From an uncultured cyanobacterium (lineage in GTDB: Bacteria > Cyanobacteriota > Cyanobacteriia > CAKZMO01), in the NCBI GenBank assembly GCA_963719515.1, contig CAVRCJ010000006.1, positions 320,001 through 384,000 on the forward strand: DNA of 64,000 bases. Direction: 5' to 3'. Positions 44,728 through 54,211 of this stretch are shown in pieces. Position numbers and translations under genes: made by a program. The notes beneath the pieces are model-generated. The model had not been told where the DNA came from and made no database searches. It saw nothing but the letters and a program-made list of their open reading frames with translations. Each line of letters begins with the position of its first letter. Position 1 is the first letter of the stretch.

Positions 44728-45987
44728 CTAAACCCTAACGGGCTGTAGACGGGGGCTTCCCAAATTCACAATTGAGAGTTGCTGGTTCAACGGCATCCCA
44801 ACGGATAAGCCTCCACAGCCAGAGAGCGATTGTCCGACCGCCCTATTCAATATGTTGATTGCTGCATTCCAATCCCGGTTCATCTTGAGCCCACACCCAC
44901 AGACATGAACCCTATCACCCAGCGTCTTGACGACGCGCTCACCACAGCCCGAACACTCAATGCTAGTACCGTTGGGGTTGACGCCAATAGCCAGTTTGCT
45001 GCGTTTTACCGCGACCGCTTGCAGGATATTGAGGAATTGGCCCCAGGCCGCATCGAGGATCGACTTAGCCAGCCGGGTTCTGGCAAGTCCCTTGATGTTC
45101 AGGTTCTCGAACGCTATCAAGTCGTAGTTGGCGCAAAGCCAATGCGAGAGCTGATAGTGAAACTCTTTGCGCTGGCGGCCTACATGCAGGTGCAGCCGCG
45201 CCACCTTGTTGGCCTGCCGCTGGTGGTTCTTAGAGCCCTTCTCCATTCGGGCCAATTTGCGCTGCTGACGGCCAAGACGCTCTTGAGCTTTGCGATAAAA
45301 CTGCGGAATACTTACCGCTTCACCGTTAGAGGTAGTGAGGAACTTTTCAAGTCCCACATCAATACCAACGACGGATTCAACCTCGCTGACCGGCAACGGT
45401 TCTGGGACCGTCCCGTCTTCAAGAGACAAGCTGACATACCAACCATCGGCCTTGTTCAAGATTGTGGCCTGCTTCAATTTGAAGCCGTCAGGAATTGGTC
45501 GGTGCAGGATGACCTGTACTTCGCCAATCTTCGACAGCTTCAGCATGTCGCCGTTCAAAAACGCGCCGGCCTTAGGGCAGTTCACCCTTGGGTAGGTAAA
45601 CGAGCACAGGTTGCCCCGCTTCTTAAAACGTGGCCTACCGCCCCGCTTACCATTTTTGTCCGGCGACATCCAGCGCTTCCACGCTTTGTCCAAGCGCATC
45701 AGGTTTTGTTGCTGGCAATCAGCGTAAATGCCTTTGTACTCAGGGAACAGCTGTTTCGTCTCTTTGAGGGCAGCAGCCTGTGAGTAATAGTCAATCTTTC
45801 CGCCAATCTCGCCTATCGGCTCTGAGCGCAGGCTGCATCTATCAATCTGGCAGCGCCATCGGGATAGCACGTCTAGCCGCTCCCCCAGAGCGTAGTTCCA
45901 ATGCCGACGCAGCAACTCTCCCCAGAGGGCCATAGTGTCGGCCTGCTGAGCAGTTGGCTTTAGTCGGTATTGGTAGGCTAGAATCAT
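44728..45987 (-). CDS. tnpB: RNA-guided endonuclease TnpB
   Basis: YQYRLKPT, RuvC GIDVG / AFENL / RDWNAA, Zn finger CSGC..CGC. Confidence 0.96.
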   Translation of the reverse strand: MILAYQYRLKPTAQQADTMALWGELLRRHWNYALGERLDVLSRWRCQIDRCSLRSEPIGEIGGKIDYYSQAAALKETKQLFPEYKGIYADCQQQNLMRLDKAWKRWMSPDKNGKRGGRPRFKKRGNLCSFTYPRVNCPKAGAFLNGDMLKLSKIGEVQVILHRPIPDGFKLKQATILNKADGWYVSLSLEDGTVPEPLPVSEVESVVGIDVGLEKFLTTSNGEAVSIPQFYRKAQERLGRQQRKLARMEKGSKNHQRQANKVARLHLHVGRQRKEFHYQLSHWLCANYDLIAFENLNIKGLARTRLAKSILDAAWGQFLNILQAVAVKRSKLAIGVNPNGTSIECSGCGERVVKTLGDRVHVCGCGLKMNRDWNAAINILNRAVGQSLSGCGGLSVGMPLNQQLSIVNLGSPRLQPVRV

Positions 45988-46009
45988 GTCATCATCATAG
46001 CTTAGTGAC

Positions 46010-46420
46010 ATGACCTACAACAAGGGCTATCGCTGTGTTTACAGCTTGAACATACACTTAGTGCTTGTAACTAAATACCGGCTTAACATCATTGACAAGC
46101 CAATTCAAGAGCGTCTCTACGAGATTTTTGCTGATACCTGCGAGAAGTGGAGTAGCAACCTTGTCGAGATAAACGGAGAAGCAGACCACGTTCACTTATT
46201 GATTAGCTATCCACCGGACGTGCAGCTTAGCAAACTGGTAAACAACCTGAAGACCGTGTCGAGCAGATTGATTCGTAAGGAGTTTGAAGAGCGTGTTGCA
46301 AAAGCGTATCGAAAACGGGTGTTCTGGTCTGGGGCTTACTTTGTCGCTTCAACCGGCGGCGTCACCCTGGAGCAGGTCAAAGCCTATGTCGAGAATCAAC
46401 CAGGCGTCGAGCCTAGCTGA
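46010..46420 (+). CDS. tnpA: IS200/IS605 Y1 HUH transposase
   Basis: HLVLVTKYR, DHVHLL, VKAYVENQ. Confidence 0.96.
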   Translation: MTYNKGYRCVYSLNIHLVLVTKYRLNIIDKPIQERLYEIFADTCEKWSSNLVEINGEADHVHLLISYPPDVQLSKLVNNLKTVSSRLIRKEFEERVAKAYRKRVFWSGAYFVASTGGVTLEQVKAYVENQPGVEPS

Positions 46421-46483
46421 TTCTCGCTCCTATCCCCCTCGCCACCAAACGCTAGCGCGTTCTGGTGGGAGTACCCCGGAGAA

Positions 46484-46834
46484 CTAGATGGATTCGATAC
46501 CGGCGCGGATGATTTCAACAGCGTAGGCCCCAAAGTTGATCGTCAGGGCCAGCAGGGCGGCGCTGTAGGCCCCCAGACTCGGCCCCAAGCTGGAGATGCC
46601 GAAGAAGATGAACAGCAGCTGTACCAGGAATGGCGTGTTGCGGATGGCTTCTACGTAGGTGGCGGCGATCGCTCCCAACAGGCGATTACCCGAGGTGCGG
46701 CACAGCGCTCCTGCTATGCCGATCAGCAGCCCTAGCAGCACCGCTAGGGTAGAGAGCTGCAGGGTGAGCCACACCCCACTGAGCAACAAATCCCAATTAT
46801 TCCAAATGACCTGAAATTGAAACCGGTAGGCCAT
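46484..46834 (-). pseudogene. Amino-acid ABC transporter permease (HisM/GlnP type), 3'-truncated by the IS
   Basis: YVEAIRNTPFLVQL; ends at EIIRAGIESI just before the EAA loop, where the IS left end begins. Confidence 0.88.
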
Positions 46835-46942
46835 CGCTGTTTAAATAACGTTCGTTGTTGACCACCGTCACCATCCACCTGAGGGGCGTGCGGCCATACG
46901 CCCCTACCGGTTACACCATCCCCACAATCTGCTTGTGACGTA

Positions 46943-48247
46943 TTACGACGCGATAAATTCGTTCCATTTTTGAACAAGATACGTATTCTCGCTCATGGTC
47001 GAATTCCACACCACGATATTGCCAAACCGCTCCTCAAACGAGCCGCCATCTCGCACGGCCCCCGTCTTCGCCAGGGTTTTGCCAAACGGGTCCACAATAT
47101 CCTCTGGCGCAGGCTGTCCCTCGTACCAATAGGCCCACTCCGCGTCAGACATATAGGTCTTGGAGTTCTCCGGCGCAGCGCTGTAGTAGCCCTGACGACC
47201 CAAGAAAGCGCCTACCCAACCCTCTAGCATCCAGTTCAAATATTCGTAGGCGGCGTCCCGCTCCATGCCTTCGAGGTTTTTAGACAGCCCGACGCCGCCA
47301 CCCCAGCCGCGATAGCCTTCCTTCAGCGGCGCATAGACACAGTCAATGCCCTGGGCCTGCACCGCCGTCACCGCCGGAGACCACATGGACTGCAGTACCA
47401 CCTCGCCTGACGACATCAGGTTCACCGACTCGTCAAAGGTCTTCCAGAAGGCTCGGAACTGGCCGTTGGCCTTTTGCTCTTTAAGAATTTCGGTGAGCTG
47501 ATCGATCTCGGCTTGGGTCATGTCGCCCTTGTCCGCAAAGCTCATTAGCCCCAGGGCCTCAGCCACCATAGCGGCGTCCATGATGCCGATTTGGGGAATG
47601 TCGAGGATGGAGGTCTTGCCGCGAAACTCTTCGCTGAACAGCTCGCCCCAGCTTTCGATACTACGGCCCACTAGGTCGGGGCGGTAGCCCAAGGTGTCGG
47701 CGTTGTACTGAAAAGGAATCAGCGTTGCGGATTCGGTGGGGGAGTCAGAAAATTCGCTGGAGTCTGGTCCCTGTAGGTACATGACTCTATAGGGCGCGGT
47801 GCCCTGCGATGTCTCGACGGGCATGCCGTCGAATTTGCCTGAAGTAAAGAAGGGAACGATTTTGTCCCAGGCCGTGATTTTGTTGATGTCGATCGCCTGC
47901 AGGTTGCCGGAGGGGACCACCAGCGGCAGGCTAAAATACTCGCCGTCAAAAACGTCGTACTGGTCGGGCTGGGTGATGGCGATTTGGTTGTTTTCTTCGG
48001 TGCTCAGGGCCCGCATCTCTAGCTTGAAGCCGAGATCTTCCTGGGCCTTGTCGCGAATTTCGTTGATTTGAGAGACGCCGGTGCCGATGAGCCGTAGGGT
48101 GACGTCTTTAGCGTTGTTGGCGTTCACCTCGGGGCCGGTGGCAGGGTTGTTAGGGGTGCCTTTGGGGGCGGCGCACCGAGCAGTGGCTACGGCAGCACCA
48201 GCCGCGAGGCCGGTGTAGAGCAGTTTACGGCGGGTAATTCGGGTCAT
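46943..48247 (-). CDS. ABC transporter substrate-binding protein (PotD/PotF-like), Tat signal
   Basis: GAGGAG RBS, TRRKLL twin-arginine signal ending in Cys, YNADTLGYRPDL, QSMWSPA. Confidence 0.88.
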   Translation of the reverse strand: MTRITRRKLLYTGLAAGAAVATARCAAPKGTPNNPATGPEVNANNAKDVTLRLIGTGVSQINEIRDKAQEDLGFKLEMRALSTEENNQIAITQPDQYDVFDGEYFSLPLVVPSGNLQAIDINKITAWDKIVPFFTSGKFDGMPVETSQGTAPYRVMYLQGPDSSEFSDSPTESATLIPFQYNADTLGYRPDLVGRSIESWGELFSEEFRGKTSILDIPQIGIMDAAMVAEALGLMSFADKGDMTQAEIDQLTEILKEQKANGQFRAFWKTFDESVNLMSSGEVVLQSMWSPAVTAVQAQGIDCVYAPLKEGYRGWGGGVGLSKNLEGMERDAAYEYLNWMLEGWVGAFLGRQGYYSAAPENSKTYMSDAEWAYWYEGQPAPEDIVDPFGKTLAKTGAVRDGGSFEERFGNIVVWNSTMSENTYLVQKWNEFIAS

Positions 48248-48321
48248 GGTCGTCTCCTCAAAAACGTGATCTATATCGAATGTTTGGAACGTTACCACGC
48301 TGCGAGGCTGTGCTGCGAGGT

Positions 48322-49500
48322 TTAGTGGGGTAAAAAAACGCAGTCGCTAGCGGGCCACTGCACGGAGAGCGTCTGACCTTCTTTCACACCCAGCCGGTTC
48401 CAATCTTCGGTCCGTAACGTATGTAGCAAATCTTGTCCTGTGGCTTCTGCTACCAAAGATACACGGGTCACATAGCCGGTCATCTCTACGGCGGTGATGC
48501 GGGCGGTAAGACGGTTGAGGTGCTCGCCGGTTGAGCTCGCTGCCGGTAAATCTTCTCCCGACAGCTGCAGCAGATCTGGGCGCACTGAGCAGGCCGCCTC
48601 GCTGCCCACCGGCACGCCGTGGCCCGTTGCCACCAGGACGCCAACCTCTGGCACCTCTAGCTCCACTAGCTCTTGACCCGAGCCGTCGGGCACAGCGCGG
48701 ATGACCTTGCCCGCAAAGACGTTGTTGTCTCCAATGAACTTAGCCACGAACCGCGATGCGGGGGCATTAAACAGCTCGGCAGGCGTGGCCACCTGATCGA
48801 TGAGGCCGTGATTCATCACCACGATTTGGTCTGAGAGGGAAAATGCTTCCTCGACGTGGTGGGTGACTTGAATGAAGGTGAGACCAAACTGCTGCTGAAT
48901 TTTGCGCAGCTCTCGCCGCATACGGACCCTTAAGTTTTCGTCTAGCGCGCTCAAGGGTTCATCCAGCATCAGCACCTGAGGGCGGGTAATTAACGCCCGC
49001 GCCAGGGCAATGCGCTGCTGCTGCCCGCCGCTGAGCTGGTGGGGTTTGCGATCGCCCGTGTGGGTCAGCCCCACTAGCTCCAGCATTTCGTCCACCCGCT
49101 GACGCCTTTCGTTCACCGGAAGACCCTGCATCTTGAGCCCAAACTCTACGTTTTGCCACACCGTCTTGTGGGGAAACAGGGCGTAGTTTTGGAACATCAT
49201 GGCCGTGTTGCGCTTCGCTGGCGGCAGCGCCGTGACGCAGCGATCGCCGATCAGCACCTGCCCCTGGGTCACCGCTTCGTGTCCGGAGATAAGCCGTAGG
49301 GTGGTGGTTTTGCCGCAGCCGCTGGGGCCGAGCAGACAGCAGTAGCTCCCGGCTGGAATGTCGAGGGTCAGGTTTTCGATGGCGACCACGGTGCCGTAGG
49401 TCTTGGTGACAGAGCGCAGGGCGACCTGAGCGGCGGTCCCCGTTTGGGGCGATGTCTCCTGCTGGCGCGGGGGGGATGAGAGGTTGGTGCTGACCGCCAT
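48322..49500 (-). CDS. ABC transporter ATP-binding protein (PotA-like)
   Basis: GPSGCGKT, LSGGQQQR, LDEPLSALD, TOBE-like C-terminus. Confidence 0.93.
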   Translation of the reverse strand: MAVSTNLSSPPRQQETSPQTGTAAQVALRSVTKTYGTVVAIENLTLDIPAGSYCCLLGPSGCGKTTTLRLISGHEAVTQGQVLIGDRCVTALPPAKRNTAMMFQNYALFPHKTVWQNVEFGLKMQGLPVNERRQRVDEMLELVGLTHTGDRKPHQLSGGQQQRIALARALITRPQVLMLDEPLSALDENLRVRMRRELRKIQQQFGLTFIQVTHHVEEAFSLSDQIVVMNHGLIDQVATPAELFNAPASRFVAKFIGDNNVFAGKVIRAVPDGSGQELVELEVPEVGVLVATGHGVPVGSEAACSVRPDLLQLSGEDLPAASSTGEHLNRLTARITAVEMTGYVTRVSLVAEATGQDLLHTLRTEDWNRLGVKEGQTLSVQWPASDCVFLPH

Positions 49501-49507
49501 GGCTACT

Positions 49508-50831
49508 TTACGGAGAGGTTTTCTGTAGTGAATCTGAGGAATCTTGTTCGGCGCACGGATAGTGCTGGTCAAGCTGCAGGAGCGTGTTCAGCAAGACGTT
49601 AGTGCCGGCGATGCAGTGCTCTGGCAGGGTGTACTCGGTTTCAGCGTGGCTGATGCCCCCCTGACTGGGAACAAAAATCATGCCCATATCCGTGAGGCTG
49701 GCCATGATCTGCGCGTCGTGGCTGGCGCGGCTGGGCAGCGGGCAGGCGCTTAGGCCGATGTCGCCGCACACCTGGGCGATCGCATTATAAATGTGGGAAC
49801 TGACGGGGACGGGCTCGTTGCGCAGCTGGGGCGCGACGCGAATCTCGGTTTGGGTGGCGGCGGCGATCGCCCCGGCCTCGTCTTCCAGCATGGCCGCCAT
49901 CCGGTCTAAAGACTCGTTAGACAAGTCCCGCATGTCCACCGTCAGCTCGACCCGACCCGGCACCGTATTCGCTACGTTGGGCGTCAGCGTCATCGAGCCG
50001 ACCGTGGCCACCTGGTCCCCGCTCACCATCTCGTCGCACAGGCAGGCAATTCGGTTCACCGCTAGGGTCATTTCCGCCGCTGCCACCAGCGCGTCCCGCC
50101 GCATGCTCATGGGGGTGGTGCCCGCGTGGCTGGCCTGGCCCACCACCGTAATCAGAAACCGTCGCTGCCCCACGATTCCGGTGACTAGACCTACGGGTAC
50201 GCCCCGCTGCCTCTAGCACCGGACCTTGCTCGACATGGAGCTCTACGAAAGCGGCCAAGCTTCCCGGCGGACGCTGCGCGGTGGACAGCACGGCCCAGCT
50301 GCCGCCAATGGCATCAACGCTGGGCTGGATGGGGGCGTAGTTGGGGTGCTCGTAGTGGGCCGGATCGGGGCTGGCCCGTCCCGCCATGGCCTTGCTGCCA
50401 ATCATCGTCCGCTCTTCATCGGCAAAGATAATCACCTCCAGGGGGTGACCGAGCTGCTTGCCCTGTTCGTGCAGCGTGCGCACTACTTCTAGCCCAGCCA
50501 GCACGCCATAGGTGCCGTCGTAAATTCCCGCCTTGGGGACGGTGTCGAGGTGAGAGCCGGTGGCCAGGGCTGGGGCTTTGGGGTAGCGCCCTGGATAGCG
50601 GCCTATTATGTTACCGGCAGCATCCGTGACGGTACGCATCCCCGCCGCCCGCATCCAGTCTCCCACCACCTGCCGCGCCTGCCGGTCTTCAGGGCCAAAA
50701 GCCAACCGCCGCACGCCGCCTTCCGGCAGCGCGCCAATCGCGCCAATTTCGGCGATCGCCTGCATGAGGCGCTCACCGTTCACGGCCATCGCTGCGGTGG
50801 GGGGTTTGGTAGGTAAAGTATCTTTCATCAA
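49508..50831 (-). pseudogene. M20-family Zn amidohydrolase (allantoate / N-carbamoyl-amino acid type), frameshifted
   Basis: GSHLDTV, DGTYGVLAG, DEE and ELHVEQGPVL in one frame; HAGTTPM, RASHDA and GISH in the next. One extra base in the run at 50202-50205. Confidence 0.88.
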
Positions 50832-50925
50832 ATGCCGGTAAATTTCCCAGCAGGGGTTATCTGCTGATGACGGTTTGGGTAGCTCTAGTTAAGCATAGGC
50901 GATCGCTTGAGGTCGGAGTTCCCTG

Positions 50926-50967
50926 AACATATTGGTGCAAGGTCTTCTGTTCTGTCGTAAAAGATAC
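50926..50967 (-). promoter_or_regulatory. NtcA-activated promoter
   Basis: Minus strand GTA-TCTTTTAC-GAC, exactly 22 nt, then TATGTT (TAN3T). Confidence 0.7.
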
Positions 50968-51037
50968 GGTCTTCACCTTTGCCGTCAATGGGAAAGGCCT
51001 TTTTGTCTATTGCTTTATTCAGGATAGGGATGGAGGG

Positions 51038-51141
51038 GTAGGTTGAAGTTGAGCGAAGTGAAACCCAACGCTAGCGATCGCTTTGTTGGGTTTCCTGACG
51101 TCCTAGCGCAGCCATGCCCGCAGGGTTATACCCCGGCCTAC
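51038..51141. repeat. REP-like palindromic repeat with a small inserted repeat
   Basis: gtaggtt...aaacccaac-[HIP1]-gttgggttt...cctac; the right arm is interrupted by ctagcgcagccatgcccgcagggttata. Confidence 0.6.
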
Positions 51142-51196
51142 AAGTTTAGATTTGATTCACTGGAGAGCTGATGGGCTATCGGCCTGCGCTCTGCCT

Positions 51197-51508
51197 TTAC
51201 CGACGCGGTAGCGGTATCCGTTTGGTGAGGATGCGCATGACGTCGGTGGGGGTGAGGCCGCGCAGAACGCCGTTGGTGTTGGTCATGGGGATGGGCTGTG
51301 ACCATTCGTGGGGTTCGGCGTAGCCGAGCAGATGTAGTCGGTCGCGGCAGTCGTTGACGGCATAGAGGGAGCCAAGGGCGATCAGCCGCAGGGCGTGGTA
51401 GCCGGTCTCGCTTTCGCCGATTAGGTAGTCGCCGGTTTTGGGGTCGATGTTTAGGCGTGCGAGAGCGTCCTGACGGGCGTCAGGATTACGGGTTATTTCG
51501 TAGGTCAT
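51197..51508 (-). CDS. Small hypothetical protein
   Basis: GGAGA RBS before MTYEITR; contains LHLLGYAEPHEWS...VMRILTKR, which I recall from a small cyanobacterial protein family (not verified). Confidence 0.7.
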   Translation of the reverse strand: MTYEITRNPDARQDALARLNIDPKTGDYLIGESETGYHALRLIALGSLYAVNDCRDRLHLLGYAEPHEWSQPIPMTNTNGVLRGLTPTDVMRILTKRIPLPRR

Positions 51509-51733
51509 TTGCGGGTTGTCTCCCATGTATTGGATGTAGGAAAGACAACCCAAACGTCTAGCCACCCCGCGAGCATAAGGCGAGGTGGCTACTCTGGGAT
51601 AAAATTCCCAGTAGCGCCTGCCGCCTCGGACGGTGGGGGTTAGTCCCCTGGTTGTGTTTGGCGGCACTTCCAGGGGGCGCTAAATATTTGGGTAGTCAGA
51701 AGGACAGCTTGTGATTTGCGTCCATGGCTTGGC

Positions 51734-51762
51734 ATCGTAGCGAAGTTTTGCGTATGGCGCAA
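51734..51762 (-). promoter_or_regulatory. Sigma70-type promoter for the 51197-51508 gene
   Basis: TTGCGC-17 nt-TACGAT on the minus strand. Confidence 0.55.
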
Positions 51763-52019
51763 CCGTGTTGGGAAATTTTTGTGGGATGGGTGTGGGGTGG
51801 TGGGCTTTGTGGCTGAGTTGGAGGGCGATGGTTTGGGGCGATCGGTTGGGGCGATCGCTGCAATTGAAGGAAATCTTTCGTAATCTGTGGCTAAGTCATT
51901 GAGAATTTCGCTTTACACCGCAGGGCTGTGTCTGGAATTGTTCACTTGTACACTGAAGCAGATACAGGTGGTCTCGGGCTTATTAGCCTTCGAGCAATAG
52001 ATGCGTATCAATTCGATAG

Positions 52020-52059
52020 ACAGCTGTGTAATTGCTGGATTCTGCAATTACACAGCTGT
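52020..52059. repeat. Perfect 16-bp inverted repeat upstream of the TIR gene
   Basis: acagctgtgtaattgc-8 nt-gcaattacacagctgt. Confidence 0.85.
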
Positions 52060-52107
52060 GCTTTTCAGAAAAACTAATTTCAAGTCAATTCTATAGCGCT
52101 CAGGTTC

Positions 52108-52953
52108 ATGCTTAGAACAAAAATCTTTATTTCGTATCGGCGAAAAGATAGTCTTCGAGAAGCAAGCGATATACATAATGCTCTGGCATTGGAGTTTGGC
52201 AAAGATTCTGTTTTCAAGGACGAAGCAAAGATCGAGCCTGGAGAAAAGTTCAAAAAAGTAATAGACAACGCATTAGATGACTGCAAGGTCTTGCTTGCCA
52301 TTGTTGGAAAAAAGTGGTTAACGGAGACAGATTCAGATGGAATCACTCGACGACTCGACAGAGAAGATGACTTTGTACGCATGGAGATAGAAAAAGCTTT
52401 AGATCGCGGTATACCAATTGTCCCAGTTCTATTAGATGGTGTAGACGTTCCCCAGAAGATTCAGTTGCCGGCGATATTACAGCCTTTGTTCGACAGCCAG
52501 AGTATAAAGATTCGTCACGCTTCTACTTTCGAATCTGATATGGCTAGATTGGTGACAAGAGTTGCGAGATATATTGGCCATCACGTGACCACAGACAAAT
52601 GGGGAAAAGTATGTGTATTTGACGAGTCAGCAGGAACAAGAGTATGGATTTACCCCATAGACGACAATGATATAGAAAATGAGCCCCCCTGCAAATCAGT
52701 TCTTGAGTGGCCTCCCGAAATAGAGGGGCTTGTTGGCAGAAGTAGTGAAGTTGAAAGAGCGGTAGATTTAGTAAAAGACAAGCAGTCAATAGAACTTTAT
52801 GGAGATTCAGGAATAGGAAAGACTGCTATTTTGAGTTACCTGAGTAGCGTCTTAGGAGGTAAAAACTCATATTATAGAGACAAGTTTGGTGAAGACTTCC
52901 ATTTTGATATTCGCTTTAGAAATGGAATTTTATGCAAAATTGGGACGCTCTAG
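52108..52953 (+). CDS. TIR domain protein with a truncated P-loop NTPase (5' part of a split gene)
   Basis: IFISYRRKD, DFVRMEIEKAL, IVPVLLD; then LVGRSSEV and Walker A GDSGIGKT. Confidence 0.88.
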   Translation: MLRTKIFISYRRKDSLREASDIHNALALEFGKDSVFKDEAKIEPGEKFKKVIDNALDDCKVLLAIVGKKWLTETDSDGITRRLDREDDFVRMEIEKALDRGIPIVPVLLDGVDVPQKIQLPAILQPLFDSQSIKIRHASTFESDMARLVTRVARYIGHHVTTDKWGKVCVFDESAGTRVWIYPIDDNDIENEPPCKSVLEWPPEIEGLVGRSSEVERAVDLVKDKQSIELYGDSGIGKTAILSYLSSVLGGKNSYYRDKFGEDFHFDIRFRNGILCKIGTL

Positions 52954-54211
52954 ATCACCCACTAGCCGCTTAGATCACCTGTCCACTTTTTTGAGATTGG
53001 CTTTGTTTAGTGGCATTATAGTAAAATCCACTCATTTGCAGCATTTAGCACTGACAAATTTACCCACTACAAAAGAGGCAGATCTACAGGTAATAGAAGC
53101 TATTTTGAGCAGTTTAATACAAAGCAATATCATAAGATCTAGTAAAGCTAATAGAAATGATGAAGGCAGTATTTATTACAGAATGGGACCAGATCTAGCA
53201 GTTTTTTTGCGGCAATCATGGAACTTAGATGATTGCCTTCGAAAATCGCTTCACTATTTTGAAGACTATCTAGAAGAGCAATCACACATAACAGGTTACG
53301 ATAAACTAGAAGAATGCGACCTTGTTGCATTCTTGCTAGAGCTAGCTAAAGACAACAAGGAACTTCGAGGAGTATCTTTAAGATTAATCAAGAAATTATC
53401 AAGAGCAATGCCTATTATAGGGTGGTGGGACTCATGGCACGAGCTTCTGAACATTATGCTTGAGTCTGCGAGGAGCCTCGGAGATGAATCTGCAGAAGCA
53501 TTTGCTATGCATGAACTAGGAACGCATGCATTGTGCTTAGATGATAACGAAGCTGCAGAAGCTTACTTAAATGATGCTCGTGATATACGAACAAGGCTTG
53601 GGGACGAAGCAGTCCTGAACTTCACGAACCATAACTTGCAGCAGCTTCGGCAAATATCGACTTTAGCTCCTTCTCCTAAACCAGACCCTTCTCCTAAACC
53701 AGATCCCATTCTCAGCCCGGCACGCCCTAAACGGGGTACGCCAGCACAGCTTTTGGTTGGTGGTGCTATCACTACTATTGGAGCAATTTTACTTATCTCA
53801 ACAGTCAATTCGTCTCAGAATAATTCATCCACACAGGGTGAACTTGGAACTATAGAAGCATCGCTTGTATCTGTAGCAGATGGCTATTTTGGAAATACAA
53901 GAGTATGTGCGCAGTCTGTCAACGATTACAATTCACTAGATTGTGTAGATGTTGAAGCTGGTACAGTGCCAAGAACTATTGAACTAAATATTCAGCCAGG
54001 TGAGTATTTTGTATTTGCTACTGATGAAGAGCTTACCGTCGGCGGCCTACTTTATACTCAATATCATGTAAATCAGAGCGATTTTGACGCTGAACCGCTC
54101 TCTGTTAGTGTCGCTGCCAATGAAAGAGTCACAGATATTTTCCTTTCTAATGAGGGGCCTTGTTTCAGAGATCCTAAACCTGAATACTGTGTTGACCCGT
54201 TTAAGCAATAG
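52886..54211 (+). CDS. Helical/TPR-like region, Pro-rich linker, TM helix and extracytoplasmic domain (3' part of the split TIR-NTPase gene)
   Basis: ARSLGDESAEAFAMHELG...IRTRLGD...HNL, (PSPKPD)2, hydrophobic LLVGGAITTIGAILLI, four-Cys acidic C-terminus. Start is probably not native. Confidence 0.7.
   Translation: MVKTSILIFALEMEFYAKLGRSRSPTSRLDHLSTFLRLALFSGIIVKSTHLQHLALTNLPTTKEADLQVIEAILSSLIQSNIIRSSKANRNDEGSIYYRMGPDLAVFLRQSWNLDDCLRKSLHYFEDYLEEQSHITGYDKLEECDLVAFLLELAKDNKELRGVSLRLIKKLSRAMPIIGWWDSWHELLNIMLESARSLGDESAEAFAMHELGTHALCLDDNEAAEAYLNDARDIRTRLGDEAVLNFTNHNLQQLRQISTLAPSPKPDPSPKPDPILSPARPKRGTPAQLLVGGAITTIGAILLISTVNSSQNNSSTQGELGTIEASLVSVADGYFGNTRVCAQSVNDYNSLDCVDVEAGTVPRTIELNIQPGEYFVFATDEELTVGGLLYTQYHVNQSDFDAEPLSVSVAANERVTDIFLSNEGPCFRDPKPEYCVDPFKQ

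Larger units (their letters stand above)
44712..46487 (-). mobile_element. IS200/IS605 family element with divergent tnpA and tnpB
   Basis: Subterminal hairpins at both ends; right end ...ggatgTCAC; left end follows CCAT inside the permease gene. Boundaries good to a few bases. Confidence 0.9.

Noticed and set aside
44830..45783. 317-aa plus-strand ORF
   Set aside because: It is fully antisense to tnpB and has no recognisable motif.
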